Below, piece after piece: positions 27,191 through 38,477 of a stretch of DNA of 64,000 nt. Every line of letters begins with the position of its first letter. Within the stretch, counting starts at the first letter, position 1. A program made the translations under genes and the position numbers. The notes below the pieces were generated by a model that saw only the letters and a list, made by a program, of their open reading frames with translations, searched no databases and had not been told where the DNA came from. Source of the stretch: Leucoraja erinacea (Eukaryota); assembly GCF_028641065.1 (NCBI RefSeq), contig NC_073401.1:22568001-22632000 (forward strand). The letters are read 5' to 3'.

Positions 27191-28164
27191 CAGGGGCGGA
27201 TTAACCATTAAGCAGACTAAGCACGTGCTTAGGGCACCAGGGCCAAAGGGGGCACCACAAAGTTGGGAAAAGGGCGAAAAGAAGAAAAAAACGAATGATG
27301 ATTTGTAAAAAATTCCGTATCTCCACTTTTTATGTAATTGTTGAAAAGTTAGAAACGGAAATGAGGAGACGAAAGGTGTACACTGAAATAGCAGACAGAT
27401 TCTCTTGTCTGACAGATGTTCCTAATGCCACCCAACAAGGTGCTAATTCCCAATTATCAGAAAGTGAAAGGTACTCAAAGACTTGTCAGACACTCATTGA
27501 TGTTTATCCAGATGACATGAACAACACTTTGTCTACAGAGCTTCAGCAGTTCCATTCATATGTTCTTCATAAGTTTAAAACCAACCAAGAAAACATCTTT
27601 CACTCACATGGAACTTTACAACACAATTACAGAAGACAAACTAGAGAGTGCCTCTCCAAATGTTGAAATTGCCTTAAGAATATTTTTAACATTAATGGTC
27701 ACCAACTGCACAACAGAGAGGTCTTTCTCACAACTGAAACGTGTAAAAAACCCAAATAGATCAGTTATGCTTCAAGAAAGACTCGACTCACTGTGTATAT
27801 TAATAATTCAAGCAGACATTCTGAGAAGTATTAATTTTGAGGATGTTATCAGTGATTTTGCGAAAATGAAATGTAGAAAAATGCCTTTCAGGTCATGAAT
27901 ATTGGAACTTTGATACATTTAACTTGTGAAATATTAAAATAGATGTTGTATTGCATTTTTGTAGAACTTTATGTAGCCCAAGCTTGGCTTAGTTTGTACA
28001 GTATATTGTGTTATCATATGAATACATTTTTGTACTGCTGCAACCTGCATTGTATATCTGGTCAGACAGGTCAACAACTAAAATGGACTGGATCAGTGTG
28101 GAAAGGAGGGGGGCACCAAGATTGGTCAGTGCTTAGGGCACCAGTGAGCCTTAATCCGCCCCTG
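27191..28164 (+). mobile_element. Internally deleted hAT DNA transposon retaining the C-terminal dimerisation domain (frameshifted)
   Basis: Perfect TIR CAGGGGCGGATTAA/TTAATCCGCCCCTG, 8-bp TSD ACTCCAGC (27183-27190, 28165-28172); ORF with ALRIFLTLMVTNCTTERSFSQLKRVK...QERL. Confidence 0.93.
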
Positions 28165-28287
28165 ACTCCAGCATTCTGTGTCCATCTTCGGTGTAAACCA
28201 GCATCCTTCCTACACTTTCCATCAGAGTGACCTGTCTCTTCTATCGTAGTCTGTGATCATGGAGGTGTCAGACCAAGTGACACGAGT

Positions 28288-28473
28288 GTTTAAGAAGGAA
28301 CTGCAGATGCTGGAAAATCGAAGGTACACAAAAAAGCTGGAGAAACTCAGCGGGTGCAGCAGCATCTATGGAGCGAAGGAAATAGGCAACGTTTCGGGCC
28401 GAAACGTTGCCTATTTCCTTCGCTCCATAGATGCTGCTGCACCCGCTGAGTTTCTCCAGCTTTTTTGTGTACC
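28288..28473. repeat. Penelope-type short repeat with perfect 151-bp palindrome (28323-28473)
   Basis: 75-bp perfect arms around a single G at 28398; flanking direct repeat ACCAAGTGACACGAGT (28272-28287, 28471-28486). Confidence 0.92.
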
Positions 28474-28566
28474 AAGTGACACGAGTATCCGTGCTCCCCC
28501 CCGCGGCAGCGTGACCCTGGAGTTGGTACTGCAACCTCCCGCAGTCGGGAGCCGGGCCACACTTAC

Positions 28567-28590
28567 CCTCCACAGATCAACACTCGCCAT
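28567..28590 (-). CDS. C22orf39: C22orf39 exon 1 (MASVDLWR)
   Basis: aggATGG Kozak, AGG|gtaagt donor, CpG island; an 8-codon first exon like human MADGSGWQ. Confidence 0.85.
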
Positions 28591-28800
28591 CCTCGACCTT
28601 CCCTTCTGCACCTCTCCCCGGACATCGGGGTCTGTCAATCACAGCACGTTGCGGAATGAAGACTGACGAATCGGCGCCACACGTCCGAGAGAGGTCCCGC
28701 CTCCACGCCGAGACGTCGCTAATTAGCCTATCATTTACATATTCATGAGTGGATCTAGCCAATCGCTGCGAGAATGGGCGGAGTCTGCGCGTGGTAGGTT
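28591..28800 (-). promoter_or_regulatory. C22orf39 CpG-island promoter/5'UTR
   Basis: Dense CpG, AGCCAATC at about 28757, GGGCGG at about 28776, GACGTC at about 28712. Confidence 0.6.
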
Positions 28801-29028
28801 CCCTGCTGATCCGAAGTTAGACACAAAATGCTGGAGTAACTCAGCGGGACAGGCAGCATCTCTGGGGAAAAACATGGATAGGTGGCCTTTCGGATCAGGA
28901 TTAGATGCAAAATGCTGGAGTAAGCGGGACAGCCAGCATGCCTGGATAGAAGGAATGGGTGATGTTTCGGGTCGTGACCCTTTTTCAGGTTGAGATTCAG
29001 GGGAGAGGGAGGCACAGTCTGAGATTAA

Positions 29029-29244
29029 TGCCCCTGTCCCAGTTAGGAAACCTGAACGGAAACCTCTGGAGACTTTGTGCCCCACCCAAGGGTTCCGTGC
29101 GGTTCCCGGAGGTTTTTGTCAGTCTCCCTACCTGCTTCCACTACCTGCAACCTCTGGCAACCACCTGCAACCGCACGGAAACCTTGGGTGGGGTGCAAAG
29201 TGTCCAGAGGTTTCCGCTCAGGTTTCCTAAGTGGGACAGGGGCA
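29029..29244. mobile_element. PIF/Harbinger-type MITE with long inverted arms
   Basis: TGCCCCTGTCCCA...TGGGACAGGGGCA termini, TAA TSD, roughly 80-bp inverted arms. Confidence 0.8.
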
Positions 29245-30717
29245 TAAGGAGCAGCGGGAGAGGATGTCGCAGAACTCTCGTCGGAGAGAGGAGGGAACTT
29301 CTTCAGAGTAGGCACACCTTGAGGAGATTTTGCAGTGAAAGCAGACGTAATGTGTAGAGAGGAACTGCACATGCTGGTTTACACCGAAGATAGACACAAA
29401 TTGCTGGAGTAACTCAGCGGGACGGGCTGCATCTCGGGATAGAAGCAGGTCTGGTGAAGGGTCTCAACCCGAAACAACACACTTCTATCCAGAGATGCTG
29501 CCTGTTTCGCTGCTTTACTCCAGCATTTTGTGGCTATCGGCGGACAGAGAGAGGCGGATCATTGTTGGTGTTTTCTGCTCTCTCTATATATTTCGGGATT
29601 GTATAGAGCAATTCGATACATCTTGAGATTGAGTCTAGCGTTTCCATTTTTTGTACTTTAATAGAGCTCGGGAGGGAGCAGATTGTCACTGTTCACATGA
29701 GCAAGTACAATCTTTTTAAAGCGTAGATAGACACAAATTGCTGGAGTAACTCAGCTGGCAACTTCTTTGGAGAAAAGAAATAGGTGACATTTCAGGTCTT
29801 CTTCAGACCCTTCTTCAGTCCCAACCTGAAACGTCACCTATTCCTTTTCCCCAAAGATGATGCCTGATCGGCTGAGTTACACCAGCATTCTGTTGCTTAT
29901 CTTCGTGTGAACACCAGCATCTGCAGTTCCTAACTAAATGTTGATTGGCAGCATAAACATGAAATCAGAAAAGTCTATGTGGTCACTTAACTCCCTCTTA
30001 AATATAGTTATTTTTACAACTTTATAATCCGTCTTAAGCCCCCTTTACATTTCTGACCTCCTGAGGACCAGTTCTATCTCATTCTACCTGAGCCTCACAT
30101 AATCAACTGAAACTATGTGTTATCAATTCTTGTGATTAGCTCACAGCCTGTAACTCACTCCTGAGTTTTGTTTTAAATATACAACATAGAAACAGGCCCT
30201 TCAGCCCACCGCTTCTGAAATCAGTCTGAAAAGCAATCCTGACCCAAAACGTCACCTGTCTATTTTTACCAGAGATGCTGCATGACCCGCTGAGTTACTC
30301 CACCATTCTCTAAGCTAGATTAGCCTACCTTTAGAGAACTGAGGGACTACTGTGCCCTCTGTCTTACCACTGCCTTACGCCCTGAAGTACCACACAACCT
30401 AATGCCTTCTCGCAATTCTGGACACTAGGGCATCCTCGGGTAAGGTAAAAGGACGGAGAGATCTGCTTCATTAGGACCATACCGACAATGCTGCATCTTA
30501 ATCGTTTTATCACATTACTTGGAACCTTTTACGTGTTAGTGGAATAATGGTTTGTTAGCAGTACTTTTGGAGGAAAATATTTATTTGTGCCCATCTTCGT
30601 CGCCTAGTTTATAATAAAAAACGCAGAATTCCATTTTCCTTCTTGTGTCTTTTTCCAAATTCACCCATTTCAATTGAATGTCAGTAGCATATATCATAAT
30701 ATGATCAATTTATTGAC

Positions 30718-32272
30718 TTAACCATGTTTTTTCCTCTGCAAATTATGATGGATATTATTGATGGCATCTTGGGTGACAGACAGTGCATCTGCATGGCATT
30801 CATTTGTCCATTGTTGTAATTGGGACATACATCCATTTATTTTAAGCTGGTTAAAATTAAACTTGGAGTGGACGAAGGCGTAATATACAAAGATCACATG
30901 TCTTAATGCATTAATTGAATCAACAGTAATTTCTGGTCTCGGATGTTTTCTGAAATAGTCTGGACCCAAAAACCCGTTTTGGGGGAATAGATATATCTCC
31001 TGATGTGTGCATCTGGCATATATTCTGAGAATCTGAGAAGAAAATGTTACACAATGATTAATCAAGAAACAAAAGATATAATTTGCAAACATACATTGTT
31101 CCCTGCAGGTTGGTTTCAGGCTTGTGTTAATGGCAGGAGTCAAGCATACCTCTATTGGCAAAGCGGGAACATTATATTTTTGATAAAGACAATGTTTGCA
31201 TTCGCACCTGGAAGGGATAATTTAGCTAACAAAGTACTGCCATTCACATTAGGCTGTTGCTCTTCCAGATACCTCCATGGCAAGTTCCTGCTATGTACCA
31301 CTGACCCTTCTGTAATGTATCTTTCTTAGTCATGCACTTGTTTCTGACATTCACCTGGGAATCACATCTCTCCTTGCGGGTTTCATCTGCATTTCTGTCC
31401 ACTTCTGAGCGGGTCCTTCCAAAACCACTTTGGTGACTGGGATCCCAGTCTTGGACAATTCAGTTGAGATTTGTTATGAAGAGAACTGTGCAGCAACTGT
31501 GACTGCTGGATGGATGGGTCAGGCTCTTTAAAGAAATGTTCAACATTATTAAAAAAACATTCTCCTGCAAAGAAGTATGTGTAACTGGCAAAACAAAAAT
31601 CCTGTTAATGTCTTCAGTGGGATGTATTGGCTGAAATTAATAGTATTGCCATGGATCTGAAAAGTTGATTGGCCACTAAAGTTATCTCATTTCAATCAAT
31701 GTTTCTATAACAAGAAACTGAATGGTCAAAGCTAATATATTAAACAGGGTTGGCACAGGATTAGAAAATATACAAAATCTGATAGGTTTAAGATAGCAGA
31801 AAAGAACAGTGGATGGACTGAGTAATAGTTTTGATATTTTGCTACAAATTAGCAACTTTAAGAGTAGGTTATGATTATAACTGATCAAACACACTTTGAG
31901 TTCATGATTCTCACCAATTCATGCTCATTACAAACATTAATCATGCTTTTCATTAAAAATCCTATTTGTTTAATCTGATGCAGTAATATTTTAAATATGG
32001 GTAGAAGCAATGTATTGTAAACTATTAATTGGTTGAAGAATTCGGGTTGAAGAATATACATGAATCACTCCTGCAAAATTGGTCCCATTATTTTATTACC
32101 ACTTGTTCATTTTGTCTCCTGTAATAATCACATCAACATTTGTTCTTTGAAATACCAATATATTAAACATACCTAAATCAATCTTAGAGAGGTTCAACAT
32201 CTGTTAAATCCTTTGGCATTCTTCTGGCATTTCTGAATGGTTCTTTGTTTGTTTAATCTTACAATCATCAGC
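30718..32272 (-). pseudogene. Four spliceable exon-like segments (32173-32272, 31355-31564, 31150-31207, 30718-31032), probably a disabled 3' extension of the FKBP8-like gene
   Basis: All have AG acceptors and the first three have GT donors. The last two join in frame into CECKHCLYQKYNVPALPIE|ILRIYARCTHQEIYLF...HNLQRKKHG*. The first has an in-frame TAA (32204-32206) and the second needs +1 nt. Confidence 0.55.
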
Positions 32273-32604
32273 CTGTAGCAACAACCATAGTTATAACATG
32301 CATTGTATCACACCTTCAATGTAACAAAGCACTCCAAGCAGCTTAAACTGGATATCAATAAAACCACTTCGAGGTAAAGATATAATAACTATCAGGACAT
32401 GTAACCAAAATTAAAGTGCATTTTAAAGAAAGAGGAGCTAAATAATGCACAAGAAACAGACAACATAGTGCAGTTCCTATAAACATTAATTTAGCAAAAA
32501 CCTGTGTCCAACTGCAGTTCCACAATGTTACCAAGAAAAAACTTAAGTCTTGCATGTCATCAAAGAGAGAGAAGAATTTGTGACTTTCTATGAATATCAA
32601 TGAC

Positions 32605-33630
32605 AATAGACAATAGATAATAGGTGCTGGATTAGGCCATTTGATGTGATCATGTCTGATCATCCACTATCAGTACCCCGTTCATGTCTTCCCCCCATAT
32701 CCCTTGACTCTGCTATCTTTAAAAGCTCTATCTAACTCTCTCTTGAAAGCATCCAGAGAACCGGCCTTCACTGCCCTCTGAGGCAGAGAATTCCACAGAC
32801 TCGCAACTCTCTGTGTGAAAAAGTATTTCCTCATCTCCATTCTAAATGGCTTACCCCTTATTCTTAAACTGTGTCCCCTGGTTCTGGACTCTCCCAACAT
32901 AGGGAACATGTTTCCTGCCTCTAGCGTGTCCAAACTCTTAATAATCTTATATGTTTCAATAAGATCTCCTCTCATCCCTAAATTCCAGAGTATACAAGCC
33001 CAGCCGCTCCATTCTATCAACATATGACAGTCCCGCCATCCCGGGAATTAACCTTGTGAACCTACGCTGCACTCCCTCAATAGCAAGAATGTCCTTCCTC
33101 AAATTTGGAGACCAAAACTGTACACAATACTCCAGGTGTGGTCTCACTAGGGCCCTGTACAACTGCAGAAGGACGTCTTTGCTCCTATATCAACTCCTCT
33201 TGTTATGAAGGCCAACATGCCATTTGCATGTCGTAACCTTACATTTATCCACATTAAACTGGATCTGCCATGCATCTGCCCACTCACCCAACCTGTCCAA
33301 GTCACCCTGCATCCTGATAGCATCCTCCTCACAGCTCACACTGCCACCCAGCTTTGTTCATCTGCAAATTTGCTAATGTTGCTTTTAATCCTGGATGACA
33401 CAAAGCTGGGTGACAGTGTGAGCTGTGAAGAGGATGCTAGGAGGTTGCAGGGTGACCTGGACAGGTTGAATGAGTGGACAGATGCGTGGCAGATGCAGTA
33501 TAATATAGATAAATGTGAGGTTATCCACTTTGGCAGCAAAAACAAGGGGGCAGATTATTATCTCAATGGGGTTAGGTTAGATAAGGGGGAGGTGCAGCGA
33601 GACCTGGGCGTCCTTGTACACCGGTCACTG
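32605..33630. mobile_element. CR1 LINE fragments: minus-strand 3' piece (32605-33390) abutting a plus-strand RT piece (33391-33630)
   Basis: YRALVRPHLEYCVQFWSP and TRGHSL motifs on -, DDTKLG...LQGDLDRL..W on +. Confidence 0.9.
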
Positions 33631-34498
33631 AATCGTCTGAGGAAATATACTGAATGAAAATGGGAAATGCATTTTGTCATTCGGTGAGATAAGAAAACGA
33701 CCTTGCATTTACCTAATATTTTAAAATTCAGAAATTTGTGTTGAGGAAACCAGAACTGGTTCACTTTTAGGAAATAAATTGTGCCAATCAGATGGAAGAG
33801 ATGGAAAATGTCTCAGAAAAAGTTTTCAGTTAGTTTCATTCCTTCTGCTTTTCCTCCTTAACTCTTAAAATCCTTTAATTCTACAGTGTGAAACTATCTT
33901 CTCTTAGTTGACATTGGATACCCTCCCATCATTTTTCTTGGCAGTGCTTTCCAATTGGAAATTGTGAATGACATTTTTCTTTCATCCTCAAAATCCCCCT
34001 CGTTCCTTTTAAGTATGTGCCCTCTGTTTACCATTACCATTGCAAAATAGAGGGATGCCAAACACTAGGAGATCGGATATTTGACTACATCAGACAAGCA
34101 AGTCAACCTGCATATTGCATGTCAAGAGTAAAGAGTCAAGAGTGTTTTATTGTCATATGTCCCGAATGGGACAATGAAATTCTTATTTGCTGCAGCAGAA
34201 CAGAAAAAACATAGTACATAACGGGGGAAGAGAAAAAATTTTCAATAAATAACAAATATAGTGAGGTAATAATATAGTATTTTGCAGTTCAGAGCTCAGA
34301 GCTTATTTGCTGTTGTGTTTAATAGCCTGATGGCTGTAGGGAAGACAAACTGCGGGGTAAAGATACAGCAACACTGCATCTTACTTTTGGGGTCCAAGAT
34401 TACTGTAAGGTTTCACTATTAGACATTGCCAATCCTAATCATTGGAATATCTAAAGTGGATTAAAATAAAAGTATGTGGCTAACTCATTTCATTCACT

Positions 34499-34642
34499 TT
34501 ATATAGCAAAGAAAATTCCAATAGTGAGAAACATTGAACCTACCAAGAACAGGGGGCACTCATTCACTGTTTTAGCATTGCTGGTACCTTCTGATTTTTC
34601 TGCCCACTTGTCAAACACAAGTTTCATTTCCCTCTCAATTTC
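34499..34642 (-). CDS. FKBP8-like exon 7 (EIEREMKLVFDKWAEKSEGTSNAKTVNECPLFLVGSMFLTIGIFFAI*); internal donor after 34544 also possible
   Basis: ctgcag acceptor in phase 0; TPR-capping helix followed by an 18-residue hydrophobic tail and TAA; total CDS 933 nt (310 aa). Confidence 0.75.
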   Translation of the reverse strand, partial: EIEREMKLVFDKWAEKSEGTSNAKTVNECPLFLVGSMFLTIGIFFAI

Positions 34643-37515
34643 CTGCAGGTGCAAACATTAATTGAACATGTTCGATTACTGCTGTAATATACAACTAGTC
34701 ATGATTTTTATTTGTTAATTTTCCGACTGTAGGCTCCTGGTTGGGAGATATCCATAGGCAACTCATCCAGTGGCATTCGAAGGTGAGAATGTTAGGTTAA
34801 GCTGGCATTGCCCATTTCTACAATGATCAGCGGCTTAATAAATAGGGATAGTTTAATGGTCTTAGACAAATTCTGGCAGTGTGAGATTAGGCAAGTCCTG
34901 TGCAATGATTATCATGTCCTCTTCCTAGCAAGAAAATATAGTGAAAATAGGAGATGGAATTCCAATTTGTTTCCCAATACTGGAATAGATGATTCCGCAT
35001 CCATTACAGAAGCCTGATGTCATTGTCATAAGGTTGTGATAATAGCAATTTCAGAGCTGTTGTGCAACATAAATTACATCTTCACCACTGATGCCCACAA
35101 TAAGGGTAATGTTGGTCCTTCTTGCTATGATTCTGCTGTGTATATGCCTCTAATTCCAGCATCATTGAATGAATTTGCTACTTCTGGCTGGGGTGTTGTG
35201 CTCTAAACTCTGCCACACTGAGGACATTTGCCATTGTTCGCGGCAGGTTGGTGTGGTGTCCATGATGCTGGATTCTACAATTTACCTTTCAGCAATCAGA
35301 CTGTTATTGCAATCAATTGAACCATGGAGGCATGTCTCTCATTAATATTGACAGATATCAATGCGTTTATGTCCAGAATCCAAGGAACAATCCAGAATGC
35401 TTAAGAATTCTTTGGAACTGGATACTGTGCAGAACAGTAGAACTGAAGGGCAAATCCTGTATTCTATGTAAAGTAAATTCAAACTGGCAATTAGCAAATG
35501 TGAGAAATCCCCGCTGTTAAGTAATTCAAATTTGATTTGTTTTGGAGTTTTTTTGCACAATCCACAAGCATTGCCACTTTTCATTTCACTGCACATCTCG
35601 TATGTGTATGTGACGAATAAACCTGACTTGACTTGACTTATTCAATGCAAATAAAATAGAAAATAATGCATTTTACTACAGTGCATGAGTTATTTGAAAC
35701 CTAAACTATGGGAGGAATAATCGATATTAAACCTGTGATTTACAAAGCTTTCCTTGAATCTGAGACAGACTAATTATAAGAAAGTAATTGCTTTGATTAA
35801 TTAACAACTATTGTTGTTGAATCACACATCTGCTGGGATAGTGGAAGATGGACTGAACCTTTTCTGATTTAGCATTTCTGATACATTGTGAGACTATACT
35901 TGCTTATTCAAACTTAATGAAACAGTGCAGGCTGACTTTAAAGTCCTCTTCAATGGTTTGGCCCAATGATTTCCTTGCAAAATCACTGAAAAAAAACATA
36001 GCAGTTCAAAATTATCTTAACATTGAACAGAGGATAAAAAACCCTCCAGAAGACTTAACCTATAAACGTAGCACCCAAAAGTTAATCTCCTATGTGGTTT
36101 TCACATCACTGGTGTAAATAATGACAGCGCAGAGACCTGCCAGCTCGTGTAAACCCTATTTTCCATGAAATGGTGATATTTAAGGGACCTATATCCAAAC
36201 TGTATGTTTTGTCTTCATTGAGATCTGTGTCTTCCAGTAAGCTCTCATATCGTGTACCCGGGTTAATTTGCCAAGGTGACTCCTTCCTAGCCCCGCGATT
36301 ATTCCACACCATTGGCACTGTTCCCGGGCACATTTCACTGTATACCTCCATTAAAAAGATCATAAATTCTATCTTCATTGTTTTTCCTTCAACCACAAGA
36401 GAAGGGACTGCAGGCGTAAGGATTTTCCTGTGTTCCCCAGAGTGCAAGGATTCACAGCCTGCATATGTGTAATATCACTGCTCACAAGGACATCCTCTGC
36501 TGGAATTTCTGGCTGAATTCCTGGAAGTTTTTCAACAAGCTGGCCAGGTCCTTCTGGAATTTCCCTACCATCATTACAGCAGTGTTACTAATCAGAGACG
36601 TTCCTCGGTCGGTAAAGTAGTACGACTTGTCTTCAGCTACATCCCTTTAAGGCCCGACTGCTGTGATTGTATCAGCTGGATCAAATTTCAGCCGCAGTGA
36701 GAATTTGCAATAGACCAACAGAACAGCACATCCTCAAACTCTCACGGGACTTTCTCTGGCATTCGTCAAGATCATGCCTGATCTATCTCAGCATAATTTC
36801 CTGTACCATCACCCCTAACCACCCAAATTGCTTGAAATCCACTGATCTCTGTTTGGAGAGAACTTGGTTGCAGATTCTCCACGCGGTCTGGGACCAAAAA
36901 TTCCAACAATTAATCAACTTCTGACTGAGGAAATTTCTCCTCATCCGAGTCCTAATCAGCCTAATTCTGCAATTGTGACTGTTTATTTTTGATTCATCAG
37001 CAAGATGAAGCACCCTCCCTGCATTCAAACGGCAAAGCCTTTTGAGAATTAAAAAGGCAATGATAAGTAGTATTAGTGTAGATGAGTACGATGGGTATCA
37101 TAGACATTGTGGTCTGATGTCCTATATTCTGTAATCTGTGATTCTATGACACATATATTTCAAGTGTGTATCTTATTCTAAATTCAAGAGAATAAAGGTT
37201 CCGTAGACTCAATCTCTTACAGCAACTGCACCATTCTGGAACAAGCCCAGTGAATCTTCACTTTACACTCTCTCTGGTCAATATATTTCAGATAAGAAAA
37301 TCAAAATTGCCCATAAAACTGCAGGTGTGTTCTCACCAAGGCCAGAGATCATTGCAAGAAGTGTGTATATTGAGGAACAGACAATAGGGACCGGAGAGCA
37401 TGCTGAAAGAAAGCAAGCAGACTAGAGACAGCATAATCAGGAGCATCAAATCTATAGACAGTCCAGGTCGTTTCCGTTAGTTCTGTGGGGAGAGACTGAT
37501 TGAGGTCATTGTTAC

Positions 37516-37593
37516 CTGGTTTGCAGGTTCCACTTGTAAAGCTTTTCTGAGAAATTTGATTGAGAGAAAATACTTCTCCTGCAGCTCAAGAAC
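37516..37593 (-). CDS. FKBP8-like exon 6 (VLELQEKYFLSIKFLRKALQVEPANQ)
   Basis: 26-codon exon like FKBP8 [26 protein letters not shown]; tttcag/gtaaca. Confidence 0.92.
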
Positions 37594-38304
37594 CTGAAAA
37601 AGAACATTAAAAAAAGAAAGAAATTGAAATAGAAATTTACCGTGAACAAAACTGGGGATTGCAGGATATGATATATTGAAACCCTCTCAAATAAGCATTC
37701 ATTAAAGAATGAGAGATATGACTGACTCCCCCATTAAAGCATGAGAGATACTGCCTCCCCCAATCTGGGTCTGCAGTAAAGGTCACTGGACCTACACAGA
37801 GCTATTAGGAGATTGTTTGTTATTTTGCTAATAGGAATCTTTCTGGTTTTTGCAGGACTTTTCCTTTTATTGTATTGAAATTAATCTATAACGTAATTAA
37901 TCTAAACAAAATCTATGTTTTCATTAGCTGTCTGAGTCCATGTGCTTTTGATGCTGCTGCAAGCAAATTTTCCATTGTACCTGTATCTCACCGTCCTTGT
38001 GAATATGACAATAAAGTCGACTTGACTTTGTCAACATATTGCCGGGGTAGCGTGTGTAAGAGACTGCTTGGACTATTTCTATTTGCCGACCTAGGGTCTC
38101 CTGATTGCTTACAAAAGACCATCTCTTGCACTGTGTTATCAAATCTACCCCCCCCCTCCCCCAATCAAAGGAGCATAGCAAATAAACATAGCCTCTTTGA
38201 CATGTGACAGTGGGTGGGATTTGGATAACGTGCATGAAAATTAGCTGTCGAGTTTCCAGCAAAAACACCATGTCTGGCCAGGTTCACATCACACCCTCGC
38301 CTAC

Positions 38305-38477
38305 CTTGCCCTTCCTGAACAGGGCTTTGCAGTGCTGGGGTTGGTGCTGCAAGACAATATCACAGCAGGTAAAAGCCTCCTCCATGTTTCCCATGTTCAG
38401 GTGGCAGGCTGCGTTATTGCTGTAGCATTTCACTTTTTCATCAAGAAGACTTTTCTCGTCTTCATGGTTGAGGACAT
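38305..38477 (-). CDS. FKBP8-like exon 5, TPR2/3 (DVLNHEDEKSLLDEKVKCYSNNAACHLNMG...HQPQHCKALFRKGK)
   Basis: KVKC..N.AA and KALFRKGK as in FKBP8; ttccag/gtaggc; 173 nt. Confidence 0.93.

Noticed and set aside
28253-28666. ORFs with 'KKLEKLSGCSSIYGAKEIGNVSGRN' repeated at several loci
   Set aside because: Incidental translation of the non-coding Penelope-type repeat.
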